64,000 nt of DNA from Candidatus Subterrananammoxibius californiae (GCA_030586555.1 JAURAC010000017.1:8061-72060), one strand, 5' to 3'; numbered from the stretch's first letter, positions 1 to 9,181 are shown. The notes: generated from the sequence alone by a model not told the origin. Numbers and translations: made by a program.

Positions 1-1410
1 CTCCTTTGCCTTTTGCGCATGCTCAGAGCGTGGTAAGGCAAGGAATGAAATTCCAAAGGCTTTGATAAAACATGTGGCAGCCAATGCCCCTGACAGTGCA
101 ACAACAGCCCCGCAAATAACCGTTGTTACTTTAATAATAACTGAGGGGATATTAAAGCCATTTAATAAGGATTGGAATAAAAGCCACTCGCTGATAAATC
201 CATTTAGCGGCGGGATGGTGGAAATAGACAAGGCGCCCACAAGGAACAGCGGCGCTGTAATATAAAGTCGTTTTATCAACCCTCCCAATTCTTCGATATT
301 TTTTATATGTGTAGCGTAGTAGATATTTCCCGCACAGCCAAAGAGCAGGCACTTGAACACTGCATGATTAATCAAATGATAAAGACCTGCAATCATGGCA
401 AAAGATGATAAGGTTATCAGATTATAAGACTTAAAGGCCATGGACAATCCGATACCTATAAGGATAATACCGATGTTTTCCACGCTGTGATAGGCGAGTA
501 GCCGTTTCAGGTCATGCTCCATTAGTGCATACATGACCCCCAATAGTGTGGAAATAGAACCAATAACAAGCACCGTAAAACCCCACCAGGGTGGACAAGG
601 CGGTAGAAATTCAAAATAGAATCGTATGAAGCCATAGATAGCCGTCTTAATCATCACACCTGACATAACCATCGAGACGTTGCTTGGGGCAGCTGGATGT
701 GCCATGGGAAGCCAGAGATGGAGCGGGAAAATACCTGCCTTTATTCCGAAGCCGATTATTATTAAAAAGAATACTATATTTTTGTATATTGTGGGCACAT
801 TTGCTCCGACGAATCTGATATCGTCAAAGCTGAACGAACCTGTATAAGTGGTCAATATGAAAAAAGCAACTGCAAGAAGCGCTGCACCAATATGTGCCAT
901 CACAATATAAACAATACCTGCCTTAATACATGCTGGATTCTCATGCTCAAAGATAACAAGGAAAAAGGAAACCACCGTCATTAGTTCCCATACAATCATA
1001 AACACTAATGCGTTATTGGCTGTAACAACCAGAAGCATGCTTAAAAGAAAGAGGTTGTAAGTAAAACCCAAGAATCGAGTATCACGTTTATTAACGTATA
1101 ATTTTGTATATCCTAATGAATAAATCGTAGCTATAAAGCCAATAACGGATATTGCGAGTATAAAATATGAAGAAAGATGGTCTATTAAAAAATCGTATTT
1201 AATAATGGCGTGATATATCAGGAAATTAAAACGTATTGAAGAACCATTAGACAGCATTGTTACAGCAGTCGCTATGCCGAAGCAGGAGGCTATGGTGGCA
1301 CAAATGAACGAAATGTAATTTCCAGCCATTTGCCACCTGAAGAAGCATAAGGCAAACAAGGCGCCCACAAGGTACAAAATTATAGATAAAATGAACAATT
1401 GTTCCGTCAT
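1..1410 (-). CDS. hyfB: Hydrogenase-4 component B / proton-translocating antiporter-like membrane subunit; runs off the window start, not in the ORF track
   Basis: Manual translation from ATG at 1410: MTEQLFILSIILYL...WELMTVVSFFLV...KAGIFPLHLWLPMAHPAAPSNVS...HDLKRLLAYHSVENIG...NHAVFKCLLF; NuoL/MrpD/HyfB motifs. Confidence 0.85.
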   Translation of the reverse strand, partial: MTEQLFILSIILYLVGALFALCFFRWQMAGNYISFICATIASCFGIATAVTMLSNGSSIRFNFLIYHAIIKYDFLIDHLSSYFILAISVIGFIATIYSLGYTKLYVNKRDTRFLGFTYNLFLLSMLLVVTANNALVFMIVWELMTVVSFFLVIFEHENPACIKAGIVYIVMAHIGAALLAVAFFILTTYTGSFSFDDIRFVGANVPTIYKNIVFFLIIIGFGIKAGIFPLHLWLPMAHPAAPSNVSMVMSGVMIKTAIYGFIRFYFEFLPPCPPWWGFTVLVIGSISTLLGVMYALMEHDLKRLLAYHSVENIGIILIGIGLSMAFKSYNLITLSSFAMIAGLYHLINHAVFKCLLFGCAGNIYYATHIKNIEELGGLIKRLYITAPLFLVGALSISTIPPLNGFISEWLLFQSLLNGFNIPSVIIKVTTVICGAVVALSGALAATCFIKAFGISFLALPRSEHAQKAKE

Positions 1411-1478
1411 AGCGTATCGTAATCCAGATTTAAGAAAAGTGTGGAATATATCTAAAAGGCTGAATTATGAGGACAGAG

Positions 1479-1506
1479 GTAGAGACGCATTGGTATGCGT
1501 CTCTAC
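1479..1506. repeat. GTAG-type REP palindrome; family also at 5499-5526, 9158-9185, 10321-10348, 40686-40712, 42124-42152
   Basis: GTAGAGACGCA-ttggta-TGCGTCTCTAC; the copies share the GTA(G)...CTAC stem-loop architecture. Confidence 0.85.
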
Positions 1507-1528
1507 TGCTCGTCGAAGGTGAGGGCTT

Positions 1529-2086
1529 TTAACTCCCGGTAAGTATAGTTTCTTCTATGGAATGTTTCAAACACTTCTCCATCTTAACAGCGTTAACCCC
1601 GTCCCGATAATAATTTGTTATAATATCCTTCTCAGAAAAACCGTGTTTTTCGTAAAATCTCCTTGCAGGCATATTATGTTCCCTTACTTCTAACGTAATA
1701 CGTTCAACCCCTCTGGTGGAAAATATATCCTCAAGCCAGGAGAGTAATTCCGTTGCAATGTTTCTACACCTGTAATCTTCCCTGACACAAATGGAATAGA
1801 GGCGGCCAACAATTGAGTCACGAGTCGTGAGTCCTGAGTCGTGAGTCTTGAATTTCTCATTCTGACCCACGACTCCCGACTCCCGATACCCAACCCGCTT
1901 TCTTGTTAATCCAATGGTACAGCCTATCACATCATCACCATCCATAGCAAGTAAAACAATTGCATGTTGTGAAACCACAAGATTACGTAGCCGACGACGG
2001 CTAAAGGCATCTACGGTGAAGCATGCATTTTCTAACGCTTCAATTTTTGGTAAATACCTCACGTCGGCTTTTACATATCTGACCAT
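1529..2086 (-). CDS. RimI-like GNAT N-acetyltransferase with an in-frame heptamer-repeat insertion
   Basis: YSICVREDYRCRNIAT, LEVREHNMPARRFYEKHGF, NYYRDG motifs; insert at 1814-1890. Confidence 0.85.
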   Translation of the reverse strand: MVRYVKADVRYLPKIEALENACFTVDAFSRRRLRNLVVSQHAIVLLAMDGDDVIGCTIGLTRKRVGYRESGVVGQNEKFKTHDSGLTTRDSIVGRLYSICVREDYRCRNIATELLSWLEDIFSTRGVERITLEVREHNMPARRFYEKHGFSEKDIITNYYRDGVNAVKMEKCLKHSIEETILTGS

Positions 2087-2088
2087 CG

Positions 2089-3054
2089 CTATCTCTCCAG
2101 TATGGTAAACTTCTTTGCCATCATGCAGGGACGATACGACATCTTTGCAATCCTCAGTCCTTCAATTCCCCAGTCTTCCCCGGCAGTAATGTATTTGGCG
2201 CTACGGAACTCGGTGGCACAGAACTTTTGATAGATGTACTGAGCAAGACCATGAATCTTTCGATTGGTTTTCTCAATCAGGACAGATGCTGTATCCAATG
2301 TCAGGAACTCGCCAAATGTAAAACCTTCAATCTTCTCATCTACAATTACAATCGCACCCTTGAGCCCAAGTTCCTCAAAATAGATAGTGGCACATTTGCT
2401 TGCTTCTACTTCGTGTAGCAATCCATTTAGATTTTGCGACCCAAGGCACCCTTCCCTATCAGCCCGCCATTCATCAATCATCTTAAGCGTATCAGCAACA
2501 TGCTTAGCCTCGAATGGCACATAAGTAAAGTTGTAATGCTTTTTAAATGAGTTGATTTCGTTTCTTTTCTTCTCGTACTTCCTGCCGGCAAGATTTATTA
2601 ACTCGCTGGCATAATAAACATAATCGGGGTAACTTTCCACAATTCGATACCCATCGTTGTCAAACAACTCAAGAAATTCAGTGTGAACGTAATTTATTGA
2701 TGACTCAAATCCACCTTCTGCATTTAACTCCTTCATAATAGCAAAACACTCATGAAGGGTCTGCGGGATATTATTCCTTCCCAACGGCGGAATCATCATG
2801 AATGTACCCTTATGTGTCTTTCCAAAGAGGCATAAATTGTTGTTAATAATCGTCCACGATAGATGCACAGTGCTTCGCCAGATAAAGGTGTTTACAAAGG
2901 AGTAATCACATAGGTTTACATTCTCATTTTGAAGATACTTATCAAAGATTAACTTATGTTCCAATTTTAGAGGATTAAAATCATATTTGCCATGAACTTC
3001 ATGTTGGTAGTCATAATTAGTCTCTACCAGCGGTCCCTCTAACAGGTGTAAAAT
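2089..3054 (-). CDS. DUF2156 (MprF C-terminal-like) family protein; probable ATT start at 3054 (ORF track starts at TTG 2964)
   Basis: DYVY..SELINLAGRKYEKKRN, IEKTN, EDWGIEGLRIAKMSYRP motifs; frame open upstream to SD AAGGAGG at 3067-3061. Confidence 0.8.
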   Translation of the reverse strand: MLHLLEGPLVETNYDYQHEVHGKYDFNPLKLEHKLIFDKYLQNENVNLCDYSFVNTFIWRSTVHLSWTIINNNLCLFGKTHKGTFMMIPPLGRNNIPQTLHECFAIMKELNAEGGFESSINYVHTEFLELFDNDGYRIVESYPDYVYYASELINLAGRKYEKKRNEINSFKKHYNFTYVPFEAKHVADTLKMIDEWRADREGCLGSQNLNGLLHEVEASKCATIYFEELGLKGAIVIVDEKIEGFTFGEFLTLDTASVLIEKTNRKIHGLAQYIYQKFCATEFRSAKYITAGEDWGIEGLRIAKMSYRPCMMAKKFTILER

Positions 3055-3224
3055 AATGGACCTCCTTCTTAAGGTTTGTGCCTTTAGCTGCTAACCATCC
3101 CCCCCGCCTCGGCGGGGAGTGACGCCCTTCGGCTTTAAAAGGCAGACATTAGCACTAAGTACACAACCAACGCCTTTCCCTGTACTTGAACTCCGCCTAA
3201 GTACGCCTCAGGCGGATAAAAATT

Positions 3225-3269
3225 AAAACAAAAAAACGGATAACCCTATTTACTTATAGAGTATCCGTT
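3225..3269 (-). terminator. Intrinsic terminator / possible attenuator
   Basis: Minus strand AACGGATACTCTAT-aagtaa-ATAGGGTTATCCGTT followed by a T tract. Confidence 0.7.
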
Positions 3270-3510
3270 CTTGCAATGAGACAACTCTCCTCAGATAACT
3301 TCGGTAATATACTTTTCGCTATGTAGGAACAACGTTCCAAAAACCATGTCGGAAGCAAACCTTCCGATGGATTCACATTGTCAGATTGCACACGTAAAAT
3401 AAAAAAAATCTCCTTAAAAAAATGCTTACTTTCTTGAAAAAAGCAAATAAAATCTCTCCCTACTTCCACAAGAGAACATTAAATACAGTACCTTTTATCC
3501 ATATTTTTTG

Positions 3511-3582
3511 TTACTTCTTTGGCGTACCACAACCTCCACCAGTCCTTCCCTTCTTCTTTTCACCTTTCTTTGGTTCTGCCAC
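3511..3582 (-). CDS. Unannotated 23-aa peptide MAEPKKGEKKKGRTGGGCGTPKK
   Basis: GTG start with GGGGGGTGA SD-like motif just upstream, TAA stop, sigma54-type promoter about 40 nt upstream. Confidence 0.55.
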   Translation of the reverse strand: MAEPKKGEKKKGRTGGGCGTPKK

Positions 3583-3623
3583 CGTCTTCACCCCCCTTCA
3601 ACAGAATAATTTGTAGTTTAGAG

Positions 3624-3640
3624 CGCAATTTTTATTCCTA
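3624..3640 (-). promoter_or_regulatory. Candidate sigma54 (-24/-12) promoter
   Basis: TAGG-AATAAAAATT-GCG: GG-N10-GC spacing with TTGC at -12; lies just downstream of a sigma54 activator gene. Confidence 0.5.
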
Positions 3641-4037
3641 AAAATATATTTTTTACACATATAATTGTAAAACAAAGTAGAATAAAGTCTTACAGATATA
3701 ATATTCTTTGACATCTCTTTAATATTCTAATGGAAAAGTTACAAAACGGAATTTGTATTTCTTATTATCTGAATAACGTCTGATGTCCCGTCAATTTTAT
3801 AATTTAACTATACAACATAATGTAGTATTAATCAACTTCTTATGTATAAGTATATGTACTGCATATAACCTTGCAAGAAAACAAGAACTTTCTTTTCATA
3901 TTCTTTTAATTTCTTCAGATAAAGATGCGTAACATATTATGATGTATATAGATATACATGCACACAAATCGGTAATTTCAATTCCTAAAATTATTCCATT
4001 TCACTAACATCAAGACAATCTAAAAATAAAGATATGT

Positions 4038-5465
4038 TTAAAGGAATAACGCAAGAAGCTCTGTCAAACCCTTGAAAACCTCCTTTCTTAAACCGTACTT
4101 AGACATCTTGGCATGAATACTTCGTGTGGTTAATTTTGCATGGGCGGCGGTTCGTTTTATACTTCCCTTATACCGGGCGAGTACTCTTTTGAGGTACTCC
4201 CTTTCTACCTCTTCAACTGTATCCTTTTTCACATTCTGCAAGGGGAGCTCATGTTGTACCTTTACATGGATGCCGTTGTTAATTGCCACGATGTTTGCCT
4301 TTGGACGCATAGGTAAGTCAACTTCCTTTATTGTGGGGACTTTTTCAACGATTACCGCCCTTTCAATAACGTTTGCCAGTTCCCTTACGTTTCCAGGCCA
4401 GTGATAATTTATCAATGTGTCGAGTGCTTCCTGAGAGATGTTTTTTATATCCTTGTGGTTTGCTTCCCGGTATCTCTTTAAGAAATGCGTTGCAAGCAAT
4501 GGAATATCTTCTTTTCTTTCCCTTAAAGGTGGTAAGTTTATCCTGACTACATTTATTCTGTAATAAAGGTCTTCTCTAAAAGTCCCTTTATCAACGGCTG
4601 TCTCAAGGTCTTTGTTGGTTGCAGCAATCACCCGTACGTCCACATTAAATGTTTTGTTACCACCTACCCGCTCAAACTCCCTTTCCTGAAGAACCCTTAG
4701 CAACTTTAGTTGCATTGCAGGCGAGATGTCGCCAATCTCATCGAAAAAGATAGTCCCCTTATTTGCAAACTCAAATTTTCCAACATGTTGCTGTGTAGCC
4801 CCGGTGAATGAGCCTTTTTCGTGACCAAATAGTTCACTTTCAAGCAACGTATCGGGGAGTGAACCGCAATTTACCACTACAAAACGGTTAAATCTCCTCG
4901 GGCTATTATAGTGAATGGCCCGAGCAACGAGTTCCTTACCTGTGCCTGTTTCGCCCTGCACCAGAACCGTTGCATCAGTTTCTGAAACGGCTGTTATCAA
5001 ATCAAATATCTTTTGCATCTTTGAATTTTTTGTGATTATATTTTCAAAGGCGTATTTCTTAGATACTTCTTTTCTTAGATAGAGTGCCTCGAGAAATATT
5101 TCTTGGCGAGCAAGGTTTCTTTTTATGACGGCAACTACTTCATCGGAAGAATATGGCTTTACAATATAGTCGTTTGCCCATTCCTCAATCGCATCTATGG
5201 CGAGGTCTTTGGTCTCCCGGCTCACGGTAAGAATGACAAAGACCTCCGGATGGTTTTTCTTAAACGTTTCTATCCTGTCAATTATTTCATTTGTGAGGAA
5301 GTCTGCATCCGCCACAATCGTAACTGGGGATTTGGTGTCAACACTGTCAAGGACACCTGGGTCTGTTAAAATCTCTGCTATTTCGCAATCCTTTCTCAAA
5401 AACCCTTTTCTGATGTCCCCTAATAACTGACCGTTAAAGCCGAGGGTAAGTATTTGCCTTGTCAT
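4038..5465 (-). CDS. Sigma54-dependent activator (NtrC/AtoC family) with a degenerate receiver domain
   Basis: GETGTGKE Walker A, ELFGHEKGSFTGA, FFDEIG, WPGNVREL, C-terminal Fis HTH. Confidence 0.95.
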   Translation of the reverse strand: MTRQILTLGFNGQLLGDIRKGFLRKDCEIAEILTDPGVLDSVDTKSPVTIVADADFLTNEIIDRIETFKKNHPEVFVILTVSRETKDLAIDAIEEWANDYIVKPYSSDEVVAVIKRNLARQEIFLEALYLRKEVSKKYAFENIITKNSKMQKIFDLITAVSETDATVLVQGETGTGKELVARAIHYNSPRRFNRFVVVNCGSLPDTLLESELFGHEKGSFTGATQQHVGKFEFANKGTIFFDEIGDISPAMQLKLLRVLQEREFERVGGNKTFNVDVRVIAATNKDLETAVDKGTFREDLYYRINVVRINLPPLRERKEDIPLLATHFLKRYREANHKDIKNISQEALDTLINYHWPGNVRELANVIERAVIVEKVPTIKEVDLPMRPKANIVAINNGIHVKVQHELPLQNVKKDTVEEVEREYLKRVLARYKGSIKRTAAHAKLTTRSIHAKMSKYGLRKEVFKGLTELLALFL

Positions 5466-5532
5466 TTCATTAAATTCCCCTTACCTTTTTTGGAAACGGT
5501 AGAGACGCAAGATTTTGCGTCTCTACATTGTA

Positions 5533-5566
5533 GCTTATGAGCCATGAGCCATCAGCTATGAACTAT
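5533..5566. repeat. Short tandem heptamer arrays, often as inverted pairs; also about 11461-11516, 12125-12200, 13851-13907, 17494-17570, 37381-37547, 40518-40614, 46614-46676, 51052-51085, 51245-51263
   Basis: e.g. ATGAGCC ATGAGCC ATCAGCT ATGAACT; unit sequence differs between loci but the period is 7. Confidence 0.75.
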
Positions 5567-5570
5567 TATT

Positions 5571-5885
5571 CTATTTCTTCTTAACGGTTACCCTTTTAAC
5601 CGATTTCTTACTGGCTGTTATCTTTTTGGTAGTTTTGCTGGCAATCTCCTTTGGTCTACAGAGCAGGCTTCTTGTAATAGCAAGACGCCCACAGGCGTCA
5701 CAAACATATTTAAAACTAACGACTTTGGGGGCGCATACATGCCTCGGGTCAGAGGTCATCGTGCCACAGAAACTGCACACAACAACCTTCTTTGCTGGAA
5801 TGGGGGTACAGAGGTGACCTTTTGTCGTGGTTACCCTGCCACACGTTTTACAGGTATAAATTGCCACATCGGTTTTCTTTGCCAT
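5571..5885 (-). CDS. Cys-rich protein with three CxxCG-x7-(H/L)xCxP repeats and a Lys-rich tail
   Basis: Direct from translation; SD AAAGGA upstream. Confidence 0.75.
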   Translation of the reverse strand: MAKKTDVAIYTCKTCGRVTTTKGHLCTPIPAKKVVVCSFCGTMTSDPRHVCAPKVVSFKYVCDACGRLAITRSLLCRPKEIASKTTKKITASKKSVKRVTVKKK

Positions 5886-5933
5886 GTTACATGTCCTTTC
5901 CTATTTTATAAGATTTATCACAATACATCGCTA

Positions 5934-6344
5934 CTACTTTTCTAAAAGACTGCTCAATTTGGTAGCGATTTCTTCTTCATCTGCAAGGATACCTTCTAAC
6001 AAGAGTCGGGTAGTTGAATCATTCGAAGCCAACTTAATCCATTCTTTATAAGATGCGATTGCGCGTTTTTCCAAATCAAGATTTACCTTAATCATTTCTG
6101 TCAGCTTTCCAGGAATCTTCAATGGGTCTGTTTTTGTCTCGGGTTTACCTCCGAGGGCGACTATCCTTTCAGCCAATGCGTAAGCGTGCTTCATTTCTGT
6201 GATGCTAAATTCCTTCAGAAGGTCGGCTACTGGAGGGCTTTCGAGACCTTTTGCCAAATAATGATGCTGCAAATATTGTAAGATTGACGTAAGTTCTTCC
6301 TTTCTTGCTGCGTTTAATGCGTCAATAATTTTATTCTTACTCAT
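5934..6344 (-). CDS. Bacterioferritin-like / ferritin-like protein
   Basis: EELTSILQY, EMKHA..LAERI..LGG, LEKRAIASY; last ExxH reads EEEI. Confidence 0.85.
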   Translation of the reverse strand: MSKNKIIDALNAARKEELTSILQYLQHHYLAKGLESPPVADLLKEFSITEMKHAYALAERIVALGGKPETKTDPLKIPGKLTEMIKVNLDLEKRAIASYKEWIKLASNDSTTRLLLEGILADEEEIATKLSSLLEK

Positions 6345-6401
6345 TCTTCTCTCCTTTTTCTCTAATTGTTTTTGTTAAAAGCAAGTCCAGACGCCTTTCT
6401 T

Positions 6402-6845
6402 TTAACCCTGATATTTTACAATCATAACTGGACAAGGGGCGTCACGCATTACCTTTTCAGCGATGCTGCCTAACATGACATGACTGAGACCTGTCCTGCC
6501 ATGCGTCCCCATAACAATAAGGTCTATATCTTTATCCTTCGCCACCCTTACAATCTCATCAAACGGAACGCCGAGGCAAACTAAGGCTTCGTACTTAATT
6601 TCCTCTCTAATTTCCTCAGGTACGCTTTTCTCTAATTTGTTCTTTAATTCAGTAAGCCCTTTTTCGTCAATCGTTGTAAGTTCAGAAACGCCTTCTGTCT
6701 CTTCGTGCGTTCGGCTGTCAAGCACGTGCATAAGGTACAGCTTGGCTTTGTCCTTTAGAGCGAATGCAATGGCATATTTCAGGGCTGACTCAGAATGTTT
6801 AGAGTGGTCTATCGGGCAAAGAATATTTCGTAAAGTTATCATCAA
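6402..6845 (-). CDS. Universal stress protein
   Basis: ILCPIDHS, DLIVMGTHGRTG..LGSIAEKV..APCPV. Confidence 0.95.
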   Translation of the reverse strand: MMITLRNILCPIDHSKHSESALKYAIAFALKDKAKLYLMHVLDSRTHEETEGVSELTTIDEKGLTELKNKLEKSVPEEIREEIKYEALVCLGVPFDEIVRVAKDKDIDLIVMGTHGRTGLSHVMLGSIAEKVMRDAPCPVMIVKYQG

Positions 6846-6848
6846 GCT

Positions 6849-7760
6849 TCACCTTCCTCTGAACTTAATAGTATATTTTCTGACCATGTGATTTGGATGG
6901 TAAGACAATTTTGCTCTTCTTAATCCCTTTTCCCCGAGGTCTTGCTCTCTGTTAATATATTTATAGTTTGACCATTCTGCTTCGCAGAATTGCTGATTTA
7001 TAAACGGATAAAAGCCCTCATATTCTGGATTTGCCTTTTCTGCATGAATAACGGCAGTGTCAGAGTTTAATTTTTCTCCAAGTGTAAACGCTTCGATATT
7101 ATCATTAATCAGAACTGCGCCTCCTTTTACGTCAAGATACTCAAAATTATTCAGCGCCTCAAAAATTGCCTTTTCTTCGGCAAGAAGGTTTGGATACAGT
7201 TCACACTGTTTTATGTTACACCATTTTGCCTCAAAGTCAAGACACTCCTTTGCAAGTTCTTTTGTTAGCGGTGTGTATTTGTAGGAAACACCTTCTTTGA
7301 ATTTTCTTATGAAATTCCGCTTGCCATCATACTTTCTGCCTTTTAATCCAATTAAATCACTACTTAAGTATACATAGTCGCAGTTATCCCTGTCAAGCTC
7401 GTAATGAAAGTTAGGGTCATCAATAACATGTTGAATTATAAACTCCTCTGGCACCCGACGCATCATTTCTACGTATCCACTTTCCTCAAAGTAGGAAAAT
7501 AAAACACGGAGACAATGCTTTAGCGTTTCTCTCTTTCCAATCGGTGGAAAGAAAAAGGGGGAACCATCCGCCGGATTCGCCTTAAGGCAAAGACAGTCTT
7601 TTAGCAAACATATTTTAAAACGGTACTTATTTTGCCATATAAATAGATTTGTAAACGTGTACTCAGAAATAATTGGTGGATATGCATGAAAGTATGAGGT
7701 AATCAATTCTTTGTCATCTAATCGAATATCCCTGAAATTTGGAAAGAGTGGTATGTGCAT
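6849..7760 (-). CDS. DUF2156 family protein (second paralog)
   Basis: SEYTFTNLFIW, DYVYLSSDLIGLKGRKY, HAEKAN, INREQDLGEKGLRRAKLSYHP. Confidence 0.9.
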   Translation of the reverse strand: MHIPLFPNFRDIRLDDKELITSYFHAYPPIISEYTFTNLFIWQNKYRFKICLLKDCLCLKANPADGSPFFFPPIGKRETLKHCLRVLFSYFEESGYVEMMRRVPEEFIIQHVIDDPNFHYELDRDNCDYVYLSSDLIGLKGRKYDGKRNFIRKFKEGVSYKYTPLTKELAKECLDFEAKWCNIKQCELYPNLLAEEKAIFEALNNFEYLDVKGGAVLINDNIEAFTLGEKLNSDTAVIHAEKANPEYEGFYPFINQQFCEAEWSNYKYINREQDLGEKGLRRAKLSYHPNHMVRKYTIKFRGR

Positions 7761-7854
7761 TAAAAACGCCTTGATGTCTTCAAGCCTGTGCTAATTGGGA
7801 TAATACAATGAGCTACAAATAGGGTATTAGATGTAGCATGGCAATACCTTGCAA

Positions 7855-8274
7855 TCATTTTAAAAATCTTTCTATCTCTAATAAAAATCTATTCCAAATA
7901 TCCGGAATGTTATTACCTAAATCCTCCAATTGGGCTTCATCAAGCATGAACCCGTAAGCATGAACGAAAAAATGTCTAAAAGTTAGGTACTCATAAAGTT
8001 CGTCAGTAAGCCCTTCTGAAATAATTTCATGCGATCCCGAGAAGTTCAGTAAATCTTTATGCCATGTATCAGATTTGGGTATCTCAACATTTTTTGTTTT
8101 TAGAATCTGTTTCAGGATGTTTTCGATACCGTTATAAATATTATGAAGAAATGTTCCGACCGCGGCTAATTCAATAACGGATTTCTTCTTCCTTGCCATA
8201 GCTTTTTTAAGATTGCTTAATGCTATCTCGACATTCTCTCTTTCCGCAATGATTTGCTTATATAGACTATCCAT
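7855..8274 (-). CDS. HEPN (HepT-like) toxin
   Basis: LHNIYNGIE, WHKDLL, FRHFFVHAYG Rx4H motif. Confidence 0.85.
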   Translation of the reverse strand: MDSLYKQIIAERENVEIALSNLKKAMARKKKSVIELAAVGTFLHNIYNGIENILKQILKTKNVEIPKSDTWHKDLLNFSGSHEIISEGLTDELYEYLTFRHFFVHAYGFMLDEAQLEDLGNNIPDIWNRFLLEIERFLK

Positions 8275-8545
8275 AAATTTTTACGCCGGTCTCTTCCACA
8301 AGGTCATTAAATAGGGATTTCTTGGACAGGTCTATAAGGTCAACAGGTTTTGATAAGTGCTTAAATAGTTCTGCGTAAAATTTGAAGAATAACTTAGCTT
8401 CGATTCCTTTCACACCAATATCTATATCAGTAGCTTCTTTATCTTCTCTTATTGATGACCCAAATAAAATAATGGAAGAAACATTGTATTTTTTAGCACA
8501 CTGTAAAATTATAACTTTTTCTTTTTTAGTTATCATTTCCATCAC
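8267..8545 (-). CDS. Minimal nucleotidyltransferase (MNT) antitoxin
   Basis: LFGSS...DIDIGV...VDLID; overlaps the HEPN gene. Confidence 0.9.
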   Translation of the reverse strand: MMEMITKKEKVIILQCAKKYNVSSIILFGSSIREDKEATDIDIGVKGIEAKLFFKFYAELFKHLSKPVDLIDLSKKSLFNDLVEETGVKIYG

Positions 8546-8963
8546 CTATTTTATCCCACCCATCTTTAAAAGCTATATAATCCTTTGGTCGAAGCCAATA
8601 GCTTTTCCTGCCATCCTTTACCCCTTCATGAATGTTAGATTTTATTTCATCAATTTTGGCAATAAAAATTTCTGGTTCTTCATCAAAAACTTTTCTATAT
8701 ATCACCATATACTCGGCAACTAAGCTATTTAGGTTATTACCTAAAGGAACAGGGTCTTTCTTACCTAAAGCCTTAACTTGTAAGGTGTGTGTTCGTTTGG
8801 CTGATTGGCTATAAATAACAACATCAACACCTTTTGCATTTCTTGAAGTCGGTAACACATTCCAACCGCGCTTCGATAATTCGTAGCATACATCGTAAAG
8901 GCCTACGTTACCCACTACTTGATTAGACGACTTATTTTTCTTTACTAACGTTCTATTCTGCAT
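8526..8963 (-). CDS. Small PD-(D/E)XK endonuclease-like protein
   Basis: ELSKRGWNV..TSRNAKGVDVV...LQVK motif. Confidence 0.65.
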   Translation of the reverse strand: MQNRTLVKKNKSSNQVVGNVGLYDVCYELSKRGWNVLPTSRNAKGVDVVIYSQSAKRTHTLQVKALGKKDPVPLGNNLNSLVAEYMVIYRKVFDEEPEIFIAKIDEIKSNIHEGVKDGRKSYWLRPKDYIAFKDGWDKIGDGNDN

Positions 8964-9124
8964 TTTTTCACTTCCTCATGAGGAATTCCCTTACCTTCAT
9001 CCAACTCTTTCAGCCCGGCATCTACCTGAAGCCTAAAATATAACTCTGCCATAATATCCTCGACCGAAACGTCCTCAGGAAGATTCTGAATCATTTGAAT
9101 AACTTGTTCCTTAACGCCTTTCAT
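8945..9124 (-). CDS. Orphan ParD-like antitoxin, 59 aa, not in the ORF track
   Basis: MKGVKEQVIQMIQNLPEDVSVEDIMAELYFRLQVDAGLKELDEGKGIPHEEVKK...; SD GGAGGT; no adjacent toxin. Confidence 0.7.
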   Translation of the reverse strand: MKGVKEQVIQMIQNLPEDVSVEDIMAELYFRLQVDAGLKELDEGKGIPHEEVKKCRIER

Positions 9125-9181
9125 CTACACACCTCCTAATCAATAATTTGGCAAGTTGTAGGGGCACGTTGCAACGTGCCC

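Noticed and set aside
3300..3400. Lysine, SAM-I or glycine riboswitch upstream of DUF2156
   Set aside because: Only short fragments (AAAG..CCGAAG, TTATCTGAG) resemble the consensus; the other conserved elements are missing.
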